Source: Atractiella rhizophila (taxonomy: Eukaryota). Taken from it: a stretch of 33,465 nt of DNA. A program made the translations under genes and the position numbers. The stretch covers positions 7,174 through 40,638 of the forward strand of contig MU271599.1 in NCBI GenBank assembly GCA_021432655.1, given 5' to 3'. This document shows positions 1-11,815 of the stretch, piece after piece (positions within the stretch are counted from its first letter, which is position 1; every line of letters starts with the position of its first letter). Under the pieces are notes generated by a model. It worked only from the letters and a program-made list of their open reading frames with translations, was not told the origin of the DNA and did no database searches.

Positions 1-1134
1 TGTGAAGGAAGAGTCGGATCCTGCTCGAAATTATCTCCATCTTTGAGTTTTCGAAGGGTAGGCGTGGCATCTGAAGGGGCGGCAGTGGTGGAAGGATGCC
101 ACATCCCATCGTCGAAAGAACCCGAGGAAGAGGGAAGGAGGGGCTCGTTTGAGGGGCGGCAGCCTGATTCGGATTAGCAGCAAGGTTGTTGGCTCCTCCG
201 CCGCTCATGAGCCAGGGGTCTTCGTTCCAGTCGTCTCCCTTCGGCGTCGACTCTGCTCCCTCAGAAGACGAAGGTGATGCGCTCGCGTCGTCCGACGAAG
301 AAGGAGACTCAGTCGTCGAGCTCGCATCGGTATCTTGCGGATCTTCAGGGTCACCAGCGCTCTCGTCACTCGCTCCTCCAGCTCCACCGTCACCACTGTC
401 GGTAGAATCCAAGAAGCTCGAACCGCTGATCGTCCCATTCTGAGCAGCAGAACCTGGCTGAGAATCGGTAGAAGTGGTGTTCGAAAAGGAAGACGCGTTC
501 TGAGCCTGAATGAGTTCTGCCTGCTGAAGGGCTACGTTCGCAAAGGCGCGTTGAGCGGTGACCCAATTATCGAGTTCCTTGGCCGTCGTACCATCCGTCG
601 TCGCTTGGCTGAGCAGAGCGAGGGTTCCGGCTATGGAGGGATTGACGGTCGCTAGCTGGGTTATGATTTCGGTTGGGATTCCTCCGGTAGCTGTTAACAT
701 TCCACAGACAGGTTAGTTCATTTCAGACTGCAAGCGTAGAATAGAAGGAGTAGAAAACGTGAGAGTGACACGAACGGGAATTCACAATTCCGGCAATCAT
801 GTCTGGAGTCAGAGTCCCAGCCTGGACGAGACCAGAGAGATAGCCTTGGAGATAGCCAGCGTTTGTGGGATCGAAACTGGTGGTTACTGGAGTGGACGGG
901 GTCGTAGGGGGAGTCTGACGCTTGATCTCTATTGCCACCAGTTTATTATTTAATCTTCTTTAAATTGGGAAGGGAGCAGAAAAACCAACGTTTCTTTCCC
1001 ATGGTGACAAACAATTCCTTATGCTTTCCAGAATCGCTCTCCTTACCCTTGGGAGGAGAGGAGGACCAGGGACGAGCGGGAACAGCGACGACTGAGGATG
1101 CGAGAGCGCAAGCGAGAATGATAGAGGCCTTCAT
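1..1134 (-). CDS. Secreted Ser/Thr/Asp-rich hypothetical protein, 3' end outside the window
   Basis: ATG at 1134 gives signal peptide MKASIILACALASSVVA. Removing intron 989-929 (GTTGGT..TAG) gives ...GKKQIKR|QTPPTTP, a Kex2-like KR-Q site. A second intron about 775-691 (GTTCGT, CTAAC branch, CAG) follows. The last exon is open from 690 to position 1 (PTGGIPTEIITQLATVNPS...). Confidence 0.8.
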
Positions 1135-1675
1135 GATGAGGGTGTTGACTGAATGAGAGAGACGTGTCGAAGGCTTAAGCAGAGGAGGGAAGTGGCCAAT
1201 GAAGTTGTTAATGGAGGCGGATAGAAGGACGACTACACTGAGACTGGACTGGAGTATTTCACTATTTCAATCCCAAATACTATTAGCAAATAGCTTTCTG
1301 TGCGAAGAAGAGGGAGGACATACCAGAAATACGAGCACGAAATGGACGAGAGCAGATGAAGATCGACTTGGAGAGAATGAAAGAGAAAGAACCTTTTATA
1401 TCTTGCCATCATGGGAAATGGAGGGAAAGGGGTCTCGTTCTCTCGGAGCAAATTGGCGTCACTTTGGAATGTCTCACTCGTTGCTCTGCTGAAGCGGGAA
1501 GGTGTGCTCATGACCATGCCTGTTCAACTTCATGGTATTCCATCCTTCCTCATACCCTCCGAGAGTCAATGATGAATGAAGCGTTTGATGTTGACTGATG
1601 GGGAAGATGATGACGTTGCTGATTGTCGGGAAGTGCAGTTTACCGAGTGGCCGAAGGGAGATGAGAAGGACCACG

Positions 1676-3250
1676 ATGGTGTCGAGCAGCAGCTCAGGGT
1701 GGGTGTCGCCACAGGCAGCATACAAGTCTTTTCTCCTCAACAACATAGGCCGAGGTAGGCACTTCGTCCCCAGTCTATCTGCCTGACGCTCTCCAGTCAC
1801 CCAAATCGAATCCACCCTCCGCACCGTGTCCTACCTCCTCCCAGCCTCTTTCTCGTCCCCGGCACGCACTGAATACGTCTACTCGGCACTCAACTTACTC
1901 TCTTTCTACCATGACAGCATACTCCCGCCTGCTCCTCATCCGTCTCCTCATGCTAGGTATACACGCTGGTGGACCAACAGCAATGCCATCTATAAACTGG
2001 TGGCCAGGGCTTTGGTGGTCTTGAAGACGGTAGAGCTGGCTATCGAGATGAGAGTGAGTGAAAAGAGGAGGGAGAGTACGGTCGTCGCGCTGGAAAGCAT
2101 CAAGTGGGTCTCTTGCTCTTCCATCTGAAATTGTCCAAACGCGGGTGGCGTGTCTCGTTTCTCTTTCCACTTTCGAGGTGAAGTGCAGTATAAATAAATG
2201 CACTCTGACGCGCTCTACTGAGGGTTGCTCAGCAATATCACTCACAACAAAGATTCAAGACTGACAGTCCAATGAACACGAACGCAGAACCCTCCTCCGC
2301 CTCCTCCTCCTCTTCCTCACCCGTCGCCGTCCAACGATCTACCCGCCCATCGCCGAACGGGACACCATCGATCCCACCCTCTCCCACCCCTCATCCTCCT
2401 CCTCCTCCTCTCCCTCTCCCCCATCCTCCCCCTTGATCCAAACGACCTGGAAAGGCGCGCGCACCGGCCGCACCCGTCCCACGATCGCCTCCATCCGCGC
2501 ACGCACTCGCGCACCCAACGGCTCGACTCCTGGTGTCGATGCGGTGGTGGCTAAGGACCCATTTTTGATGGGAGGCACGGATGGGGGGAAGAAGGAGATT
2601 GAGGAGTTTTTGCAGGGCAGAGTTAGGGGTTTGGACGAGATTAGACGCCCTAAAGAGCTCGTGGTGCCTTTGGGTGGAGCTTGGGAGATCGTTGGGGAGA
2701 TCATACACATTCTTCGTCCTTTGATTTATGGTTCGTCATCCAACTCCAACTCCCAATCTCAACCCAGTAGACTAGTGGATCCAGGCTGATGAGGATATGT
2801 CACAGTTATGCTCCTCAAGAAATATGGACGGCGAGATCCAATCCCCTTTTTCTCTTCCCTAGCGATCGAATACGCGACCTTCAAATTGTTCTCCCTCCAC
2901 ATCCAAAAGAGACGAACGACCACTCCGGCGAGCGAAGTGGAGAAGGGAGAGAAGGAGAGAAGAGAGAGACAGTTTTGGAAATATTTGTTTAGAGGACCGG
3001 TATGGGAGGCTTGGACCAAGTCTGTCTTCTTCTTTCCTGCTGTGAAAAAAGGTGATTCATTGGGCACTGTAGACCACATCTACAAAGGATTTCGGGTGCA
3101 CTGGAAGGAAAACCGTTGCTGGGACTCTTTTCGACTTATGTGGATCTCTACGTCCCGCTCATCGAGGAATATTATTATTGTAAGCCTTCCATCCCCTTCC
3201 ACCTGCGAGGAGTCTACTCATGCGGTACTTTTACGACAGATACGTCGTAA
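1676..3250 (+). CDS. PEX16: Peroxisomal membrane biogenesis protein Pex16 (multi-exon)
   Basis: Spliced product has Pex16-type blocks: YKSFLLNNIGRVTQIESTLRTVSYLLP, LNLLSFYHDSIL, PSPHARYTRWW, ELAIEM, GEIIHILRPLIY, FWKYLFRGPVWEAWTK and C-terminal YVPLIEEYYYYTS* (TAA 3248-3250). The start could instead be the in-frame ATG at 1598. Confidence 0.9.
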
Positions 3251-3477
3251 TCTCCGTCTCTGCGGTACTGGTACTCGTCTGTCGATGTCGTTTACAAGAT
3301 GCTCTACCCCTATACGCCTTGCAATATACTACACCCCTTCACCCATTTCTCACCCCTCCCCCGCAATGTCCGTTGTCTTGTGCGCAACAAGCCAATGCCT
3401 GGATATCCCACCATTACTATAATCATAATGTCCCTCCGCCGTATAAAGTACACATTTATAACGGATTATGATGAGGT

Positions 3478-5166
3478 CTAGATGAATTGGTCAAAGTAAT
3501 CTAAGAATGTGGATTGGACAGTCTGCGCGTTGAGGTGCAGGAACGTGGTGTGACCCGTATCTACAAGTGAGGATCAGCGACCAATCAACTCAGCATACCA
3601 TGTGGCTTGAAATGTACCTGGGAATGTCGAGGCGACGAAACTACGTGCATTGGGGAAATACTGTCGGTCAAAGTGAGGAGAGTTATGCGGAACAAGGGCA
3701 GGGAACACACCTTGGATTCCATGTTTGGTACGCTGTCGGTTGCGTTACCTCCACAGTTGGAATCTGAAGGACAGAAGCCGACATCTAAACCATCATCGAG
3801 CATTATTTCAGTACTCGATCCAAACTAGGAGAGACTGTGTGAACGCGCACCGTTGTTTCCAGTAAAGTATGCGATGTCGTTCTTGAAATTAGGAGCTTCG
3901 ACGAGCGCGCTCGCGAAAGTGATGATTTCTCCCAGAGCCGTGATCCTGTCCTAAGTTCAGCACCTTCTCTCGCGAGTAACGATATCGAACGCACCCTTGC
4001 GTGTCCTTGTCCACCTTTAAGATTTCAGGATCGTAGTTCCCCAGAAAGTAGAAAGCGGTTGCAATGTCCTCCTTCGTCCTCGAAGTGAAATATCCGTTCT
4101 TGTAGTTTGCCAGTTTGGGGTTCAACAACGCAGCGTTGTCGAGGTTGAACTTGGGGACGAAGTCGGGGGAGACTTGGTGTGAGTAACTTGTGAGAGTCAC
4201 GACGTCGACGTCGTCTGGGTAGGTCGCGAGAAGACCGTTGGTGATGACGCCTCCGAATCTACATTTCCCAGCAAGAAGCGTTAGGACAAAGCTTGATGGA
4301 GGGAAATGAGATGGGGGAACGAACGAGTGTCCCACTGAAAATATCTTGGAGAATGATTGGGGCACGTTTGAAAGACCAGAGAGCTGAGAGATCGAACCGT
4401 CTCGAAGTTTGGAGATGAGTTGATGCACTATTTCAACGTGGACACCGAGCTGTGATCCAGATTTCAGTTCAATGATTCACCTATAGCTAATGTAGCGAAA
4501 GCGTACCTGAACGTTGTTGAGAGGGTCTGGTCTTTCGGATTGTCCATACCCTAAACGGTCAAACGTCTAACGGAGGTGTAAGTAATCGTTAAGGCTATTA
4601 GGTGGATCAAAAGACAGACGAAGCTGCAGTATCCTACCTCCCTAAGCTTAGTATTTAGGTACTGAATAAAGAAAGAGCCCTCACCTCTCCTTGCCGCTGC
4701 ATCCTGATATGAGTACGTCTCCGGCTGGATGGGAAGCTTGTAAAGAATAGCCAGAAGCACTAAACATGAGGATGCAGACCTGATACGGAAACTGCCAAAA
4801 CTCTTTCGTGTATCCCAAGGCATGAAGGAGGAGCTGCACCGCTTGGGACTTGGATGCATCTGTCCCTTGAGTAGGACAACAAAGCTTGGCCTTTATACGA
4901 TAATCCTCAGTAATTGGATTCATGCTTGCCACAGGATTGATCATTCCGCCCAATAGACCACCAACTGTAGCATCAACCTCCTGTTTTGTCGCAGGAGCGC
5001 TGATGTTCACTTGAACAGCGGTTGTCGTAAATGGAACTTGGACATCGAAAGTCGCACATGTTGCTCCGAGCCCCGAGTCGACTGGAGCACTTGGAGAGAC
5101 CCATGGGGCTCTCGACGGTGCGGCTTCGATGGAGGAGGTGAGGAAAAGGAGCCACAGGCCAAACAT
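3478..5166 (-). CDS. Secreted alpha/beta-fold hydrolase (fungal AB hydrolase-1 type)
   Basis: Signal peptide MFGLWLLFLTSSIEAA; VQLLLHALGYTKEFW; PETYSY; FDRLGYGQSERPD. The nucleophile elbow GHSFG is formed by splicing intron 4324-4259. C-terminal GHTTFLHLNA (likely catalytic His) leads to DQFI* at 3478-3480. Confidence 0.85.
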
Positions 5167-5813
5167 TTTGAGAGCTCGGTCGTGGGGTCGTGGAGGGACC
5201 GAAGGAAGGGAGGGAGAAGGAGGGAAAATAGGATTGAGTGGTGATGATTTCGGAAGTTGAGGGGGGAAAGGAAGCAGCTTCCAACAACCGCGAAGGAATT
5301 ATGAAGACGATTAGGGCAAAGTGGCTTCTAACAACCCGAATGGGTTATATGGAGGATGAGGCTGCAGCACAGCAAAATCGCCAGGTGGATCGTAATCAAT
5401 GGACTGATACACAAGAGATTTTGTAGCCAAGCTCTTAGGACTCTCATTGAAGAACCAGCACGCAAGGCCGAGAGTCCAACTTCGGGCAATCGTTCCTAAC
5501 ATCGCAGAAGGGAGGAAAGAGGTCTCTTTGATAGAGAATTAACAAGTGACAGAGCGAGCTCGTCTTAGCGAGCTACAAAGCAAGGAATTGTGGTAACGTA
5601 ACCGTGCTTTCTTGGAGGCATCAATTCCGATGCTGCGCTATCTTGGCACGATTCCGATCGGTCATGAAGAATCTCACCATCGCAACCATCCCGACGCAAC
5701 AGAACCAGAACATGCACAGCAGTGACGCCAAAGGAGAGTTGATAGTGATGGGGCGAAGAAAGACATACATCCATTACTGCAACCGACCATGCTTCCAATA
5801 AAAATGTAAACGA

Positions 5814-8800
5814 TTAAGTGGGTATATCCTCATTTCCACTGAGAGGAAGTTCAGGCTTTTCCTTCACCGTTGTTAATGCAGTATCGTCTGCAGACGTATC
5901 TTCCACCTTCACAACAGGCGGTGGGTTTTGCTGTCCATCCGTCTCCTCTGGGCTATTCGGGGGAGAGGGCGAAGGGGGAGGTATTGTTGTAGATTCTGGA
6001 TTAGTGGGTAATGGGAGAGACTCGGTGGAGAGTGGTGGGGACATGGGATTGATTTCGTTCGCGAGGGACGACGGCGCGGGAGGAGTGCTGGAGATGTCCA
6101 TGGAAGGTCGTGCGGAAGTAGGAGGAGTAGAAGCAACGGGAGTGGATGGGGTCGAGCCCGAAGAAGTGGTGACTGAGCTCCATATACGGGGTGACAACGG
6201 CGCATCTTTTGCTCCTTCTTTGAATCGCGTAGATGGTAACCGAATAGCATAACCATATGAGCCAAGACTTGCCAGGGTCGAACGACGGGTTGGAGTTGGA
6301 GGTTCTGGTGTCGCAACTGATTTGACGGAAATCGTATTCTCAATGTCCTACATATAATCCTTGTTCAAGGAGAAACAAAAATGACACGGAAAGAACGACT
6401 GACCTCTCCCGGAGCGGGAATTTCCATCCCCTTCAGCTCGCTGAGCTTGGAACGAAGATACTGCACGTCCTTGAGCATCTTCCCTCGAATGCTTTCATTC
6501 TTGATGTCCACCTTGATCATCTCAGTCTTGATGCCCTCATTGATAGAGTTGAAGACCTGCGACATGATACCCTCAACAGTGCTAGAATGAAGAAACTTGT
6601 GAAGAACTTTATGCAGCGTCGATACTTCCTTCACCAGCGTCTCCATGTACGGATTCGCCTTCCCTTCTTTCGGTTCAGGATTTGTGTCCCAATCAATCGC
6701 TCTCAAGCTCGCGCAATGGACGGTCAAGCGGTCCTGCATAATGGCCACAAGTTTCGAGTGGATCTCGTTCTGATGGTCCTGATAGTCCCTCTTCAGCCGA
6801 TCAAATTCAACCAACATCACGGCCTGCTTGGCATTGAGATGTCGGCGGAGCGCTTCGCGCGCGTAGGGGATGAGAGAGGTCATGATTGAAAGGGATTGGG
6901 AAGCAAGAGCGAGATGTCGTGCTGTGATGTTCTTCAGACCGGCAGAACGCATCGCTCCTGCTCCAAGGACTACTTGGCAGGTACGAGAGTTAAAGGCCTT
7001 TATCCAGTATATTAACAAATTGTCAATGACTTCAGCAAGGAAGGAACATACCTTGAGAAACTCCACAATTTTCGCAATTGCATCTATTGTCAAGAGTTCC
7101 AGGTTGAAGACGACCTTCAAATATTCTGCAAGCGCTTCGACACATTTCAGGCTAGCCTTGACTCCAAAGAAGCTTCGATCCTCGACATCTATCAGAGTCT
7201 TTGCCCTCTTCGGTTTGGCAAGAGCAGCTGCTGCATCGCCATTGGTTGCCTTGGAAGAGAACGGGAGCTTGAAGGTTCCATTCGGACGTATAGCATCCTT
7301 CCATGACCCATTTGGCTCTTTACTCTCAGCGTTTGCAGTTGCAGTAGAAGGTTTGGTGGGATCATCGAGCATGAACTCCTTCGGATCCTTGACCGCGCTA
7401 CCAAGGATCTGTTCCACCACCTCCTGGGTCTCCTCCTCCACATCTGCCGGTTCCCAGCGCTCCTCTTCAACCTGTTTGCTCATCTCCGCGATCATCCTAT
7501 TATGAAAACCCAACAAGAATCCCTTCGCCTGAGACACCATCTCCCCTCTCAGCCCCACTATCATGCGGCGAGAGATGACCTCGCAGGAAATGACGAATGC
7601 CCATGAGATGCGGAAGAGAGAGGTGAATTCCTGGAGGGAGAGCTTGGCGTGGACCTCGGAACGGACAGACATAATCTTGGACAGTCGAATGTTGGAGATA
7701 TCCGCTGCCGCGTACACGATCTCTGCCATATCCGCTGGAAAGGATGAAGATTCTTCGTAAGAAGAAGGTGCTGGGGACGAGGGTCTTGAGGGTACAGTTG
7801 ATGAGTTCGCGGCTGTCGAGGAGAAGTCTAGTGGTTGAGCAGTGTCCAAGCTCGAACGCGTGATGGTGAGCTCTGGGGAGATGTCCAGGTCCTCTTCTTC
7901 CTCTTCCACAATGGTGTCATTCCCCCCTCCGACTCCGTTCACAGCGTTGCTCTCCATCCGCCCATTCCTTTCCTCCTTCTGCCTTTCCCGTTTACTCTTC
8001 TCTTCCTGCACCAACTCCACAAAACCTTCTGTCTGGACCTGTAACGCTTCCACAAACTCGAGAACTCTCTCATATGCCCCCTTTGCAAAAGCCAAGAAGT
8101 CCTCTTGTGGCATCTCCCTCAACTTCCTCCCCAGAGCCTTCGACGCCTCACTCACTCCACCCCCTCCGACCCTCCCCTCCATATCCAACCCTTCAATCTC
8201 CTCCTCCACCTCCTTCATACCAAATCCCACACCAACGGAACCATTCGCCGACGACGAGACCGGAAGGCCCTCTCGAACCACAGCCCGGACCTCCTTCAAC
8301 ACGCTAGCATTCCACCGTTCCCGTACTCCCTCAACTCCGCCAGCTCGCAGGAGGCAAGAAATGGCAGATGCAAGTGCCTCCTCCGTTTTTGGATTCCTGC
8401 CCTTCTTCACCACCCCATCCTCCGCTTTCCGTCTCTTCCAATCCCTCCTCAGCTCAGCAAAGTCCCTCTCCAAAATGCTCAACACTTCGCCCTCCAACTG
8501 TCTCCCTATTCCATATCTCAGTTCTTCCAGTCGGTCAGGGATGGACGACAGCGCCTTGATGCGTGAGAGGTCGAGCTTTTTCTCTCCATTCGCGTCCGCA
8601 GCGGCAGTGGAAGAGGAAGGTGGATGAGGTGCCATCGCCTCCACCAAAGCATCGATGGAATTCAGAGCTTCTTCCCACTCTCCCCTCTCCGCGCATCCCT
8701 CCGTCTCCCTCATCCTATCGACAACTCCTCCAACCTCAATCAGCGCCGCTTCCACCCTTTCAAGCCGTATTCTCTCCTTCCTCTTCTCTAATACCTCCAT

Positions 8801-10086
8801 CCCCTTCAACGCGATATCGCTGTCTAGACTTCCCAGTTCTTCCCTCAGGAGATAGAGAGAATCGAGGGCGTAAGAAGAGACGGAGGAGAGGGATTTCAGG
8901 GAAGAAAGGGCGGAGAAGAAAGAGGTGGACCGTATGGAGATCTCGACTGACAGGTGAGACTCGAGCAGTGTCAGGTAGTGCGAAAGTTTCTCTTGTAATA
9001 TCTGATCGGAAGCGAGATCGGCGAGAGTCAACGAGTTCGTTTTCAACATGGTCAGTGGGCTCCCACCTGCCGGAGTGGGTTGAATAGTGACAGGGTCCAG
9101 GGAAGGTGAGCTGTCTGAGCCTCCGATACCGAAGGGGAAACCCGAGCTTGAGAGAGAAGTAGGTCGTTCCGTGACTGCGTCCCAAACTTGAGGGTCAGCG
9201 AGGTTGAAATCGTTCGCGAAATAGATGGGAGGAACGATATCGAGTGATGGGAGATCCTCTTTGCGCATCGGTCTGGAAGAGGAAGAGGTGGGCGAGCGAG
9301 CGGAGAAACCGAGGAAACGGTCGACTGTTAGGACTGGAGGAGAGGAAGGGAGAGAAATGTCCATCATCGAAGCTCTCCTCGAATGTGCGCTCAAACCACT
9401 TTCGCTGCGTGGAAACCGATGGACAGGTTCTTCCGGCTCGTCTTCAACCTCTTCCTCCACCTTCTCCTTCCCCTTACCGCCTCCCATTCTCTCCCATTTT
9501 GCGTAAAGACCGCCATCCTCCAAACCTTTCAGGTACGACCCAAACTCCTCCTTCGTCTTCACCACCTTCCCCAGATCACGTAGGACGATGGGTGGCGGAG
9601 CGGACCGCTTCGCGGACGGTGTGAGGGTGGACTTTTGACCGGCGGGTAAAGAGGGCGGAGGGAGTGAGCTGGGCAGTGTGGGGAGTGCTGGAAGGCCGAG
9701 AGAGGAAGCGGTGGGTAGCAGAGAGAGGAGGGTGGCTTGAGGTTGTGTAGGTGGAAGAAGGAGGGTGGATATGGCTGTACATTTCATGAAACCACAGTAA
9801 GAGATCGCAGCCAAGGGAACCCACTCCCGCACAAGTGAAAGATGGACGCACCATTGAACCTGCCTTTCCTACTGACCCCCAGCTGCACATTGCTACTTGC
9901 TTGCACTACTTTCCCGCCCTGATTTCCAGCTGCAGACGCACTCCGACTCGGCACGGAAGTGCTTTGCGAGTCTATGCTGGCTCTTGGAGAGTCGGTTACG
10001 ATCCTTGGCTGGGGCTGGGAGAACTGGGGTACCCTGGGCGTGGGCTCATTGGAGCGTGAGGTAGAAGGTGAAGGAGGCAGCGACAT
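5814..10086 (-). CDS. VPS54: GARP complex subunit Vps54
   Basis: ATG at 10086. Intron 9851-9775 yields GRFNAISTLL. Motifs: LQEKLSHYLTLLESHLSVEISIRSTSFFSAL and FNSRTCQVVLGAGAMRSAGLKNITARHLALASQSL...DYQDHQNEIHSKLV. In-frame intron at 7051-6998. A last intron near 6400-6349 joins a Pro/Ser-rich tail ending at 5814. Confidence 0.95.
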
Positions 10087-10890
10087 TTGCTGGGATCGCT
10101 GAGGTCGAGAAGTCGTCGTTGCAGAAGCAAGTTTAATTCCACGGACCACTACATGTTTAGTCTGAACCACAAACCTCTCAGCAAATTAGACAACGAATCG
10201 GACGATTTGGTGACCAAATCACGGAGATGGAGTGAGGGATGGAGGGCGTCGATTTGGATGCAGCACTTATGTAGGAAGAGCGGACGACACTGCCTGAATA
10301 GACCGTGGATCTGAAATGGACCTTGTTCGGGAGATGAGTCTCCGAGGATTTTTGAAGAGAGGTATTTCTTATATTCTTCACGTTCACCGAGAAAGGAGGC
10401 GATAAGTGTTCGAGAACTGCCTGTATTATGTACAGCTATGGTTTTGTTTTCGTGTTCTGTTACTTGCTGCAGGTCAAGCCCTGTTGAGATTTGAGATACT
10501 TGACTTGAATCGCTAGATTGACATACAGTTCTTCACCTCCTAGACAATAGACAAGCAGACAAGCTTTGTGACGTGTAAGGATTGCTAAAGAGCTCAAAAT
10601 CAGATGAAAAGTGGATATCACGAATATATATCCGCCGCAACTTGATCGTCAATCAGACTGAGAAATCAAACTGTACTCGCAATATTATCAGGGCTATTAG
10701 TGTGACAACAAAGAGCTGGCGTTTCCTTCAGAACAATACTTCACTTCTGAGTCTGTTCTACCTCACTCGGAGTCACTCAGTCACGGTCTTATATCTGTTT
10801 GATTGTTGCGCTGATTCACTTTTCCCCACTGTGGAGCCGTCAGACCTGACCGTTAAACAACAAACAACGACTGTGGCAAGAACTCGAGCC

Positions 10891-11686
10891 ATGTCGAGCC
10901 TCACTTCCCGCCTCATCTCTTCCAACCAGCAGCTCTTCGACATCTCCACTCGTCATCGTTTCCTCGAACAGGTCGGCCTGAACACCATCGACTCTTCCAA
11001 AGTTGCACGCTTCCTAGAACAAGATCGTAACTTTGCATTCGTGTATGGAAGAATAGCTGCCATACTCACTGGGAGGGTACCAGTCGGGAATGCTGAGAGA
11101 GCGACCGGAAAGGAGAGGGGGAGCGATGAATACATCTTTCGCTTAGTCCGTCTCCTCGTCCATCTAGCTAAATAATAATTGACTCGGAATCGCTTGACAG
11201 CTAGGAAGCGGGGTGACGAACTCGATTCGCGAAATCGCATTCTTCGAAACCCTCTCTCCACTCTTCTCAAAACCTCTCAACCTCTCTTCGCCTCCTTCCT
11301 CCGCATGTACAAACTACACTTCCTACCTCATCAAGGTCTGTTCTCTTCCGACGGATTTCAGAGAAGGCCTCGTCGCCTTTTGGGCGCTGGAGAGGATCTA
11401 TCTCGAAGGATGGACTTACGCCGCGAGTCTGTCTGCTGAGCATTTGCTCGAGGGTAAGGACGGAGATGTGAATCCGTGGAGAGAATTGTTGAATAATTGG
11501 ACGAGCGTGGAGTTTGGAGAATACGTGAGGAGTTTGGCAAATGTGGTCGATAGCTTGTCCCAAGAAGGGGACCCGTTTGAAGAAAAAGCGAATGAGGTCT
11601 TCAACACTGTCGCTAAAATGGAAGTTGACTTTTGGGATATGTGTGTCGAAGACGAACCAGATGCACAGGCAGGTCTTGAGTCGTGA
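10891..11686 (+). CDS. TenA/THI-4/PQQC family (heme oxygenase-like fold), TenA_E/PET18-like thiamine salvage protein
   Basis: HRFL...FLEQDRNFA, one intron (about 11146-11200), then TNSIREIAFF, LVAFWALERIYLEGW, LLNNWTSVEF and MEVDFWDM. Glu replaces the TenA_C catalytic Cys, as in TenA_E proteins. Confidence 0.85.
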
Positions 11687-11815
11687 TGTGGATACTGTAC
11701 CACCCCCAAAGTCACAAAAAATGTAAATAGGGCCACTGTTAAATGAATTAAAGTAAATCGAGATACAATGTGGTTATATGACAGTACAGCGCGCTGAACA
11801 ATATTAGACACAGAT

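Noticed and set aside
1564..1627. C/D snoRNA-like boxes (ATGATGA 1569 and 1607; CTGA 1595 and 1619)
   Set aside because: Only about 54 nt, with 5 nt between C' and D and no rRNA complement I can recognise. It lies in GAT-rich sequence just upstream of PEX16.
6381..9624. Long plus-strand ORFs (211, 261, 174 aa and others) inside VPS54
   Set aside because: Antisense shadows of a codon-biased gene; Ser/Pro-rich with no motifs.
10100..10890. TPP riboswitch upstream of the thiamine-related TenA gene
   Set aside because: CTGAGA and CTTGAT occur, but in the wrong order and without the surrounding stems or the TAAT..CAGCG part of the consensus.
10582..10890. N-terminal extensions in the ORF track (TenA from 10582; similarly PPPDE from 29989 and VPS54 from 10170)
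   Set aside because: Family similarity begins at the downstream ATGs (10891, 29860, 10086), and the extensions look non-coding.
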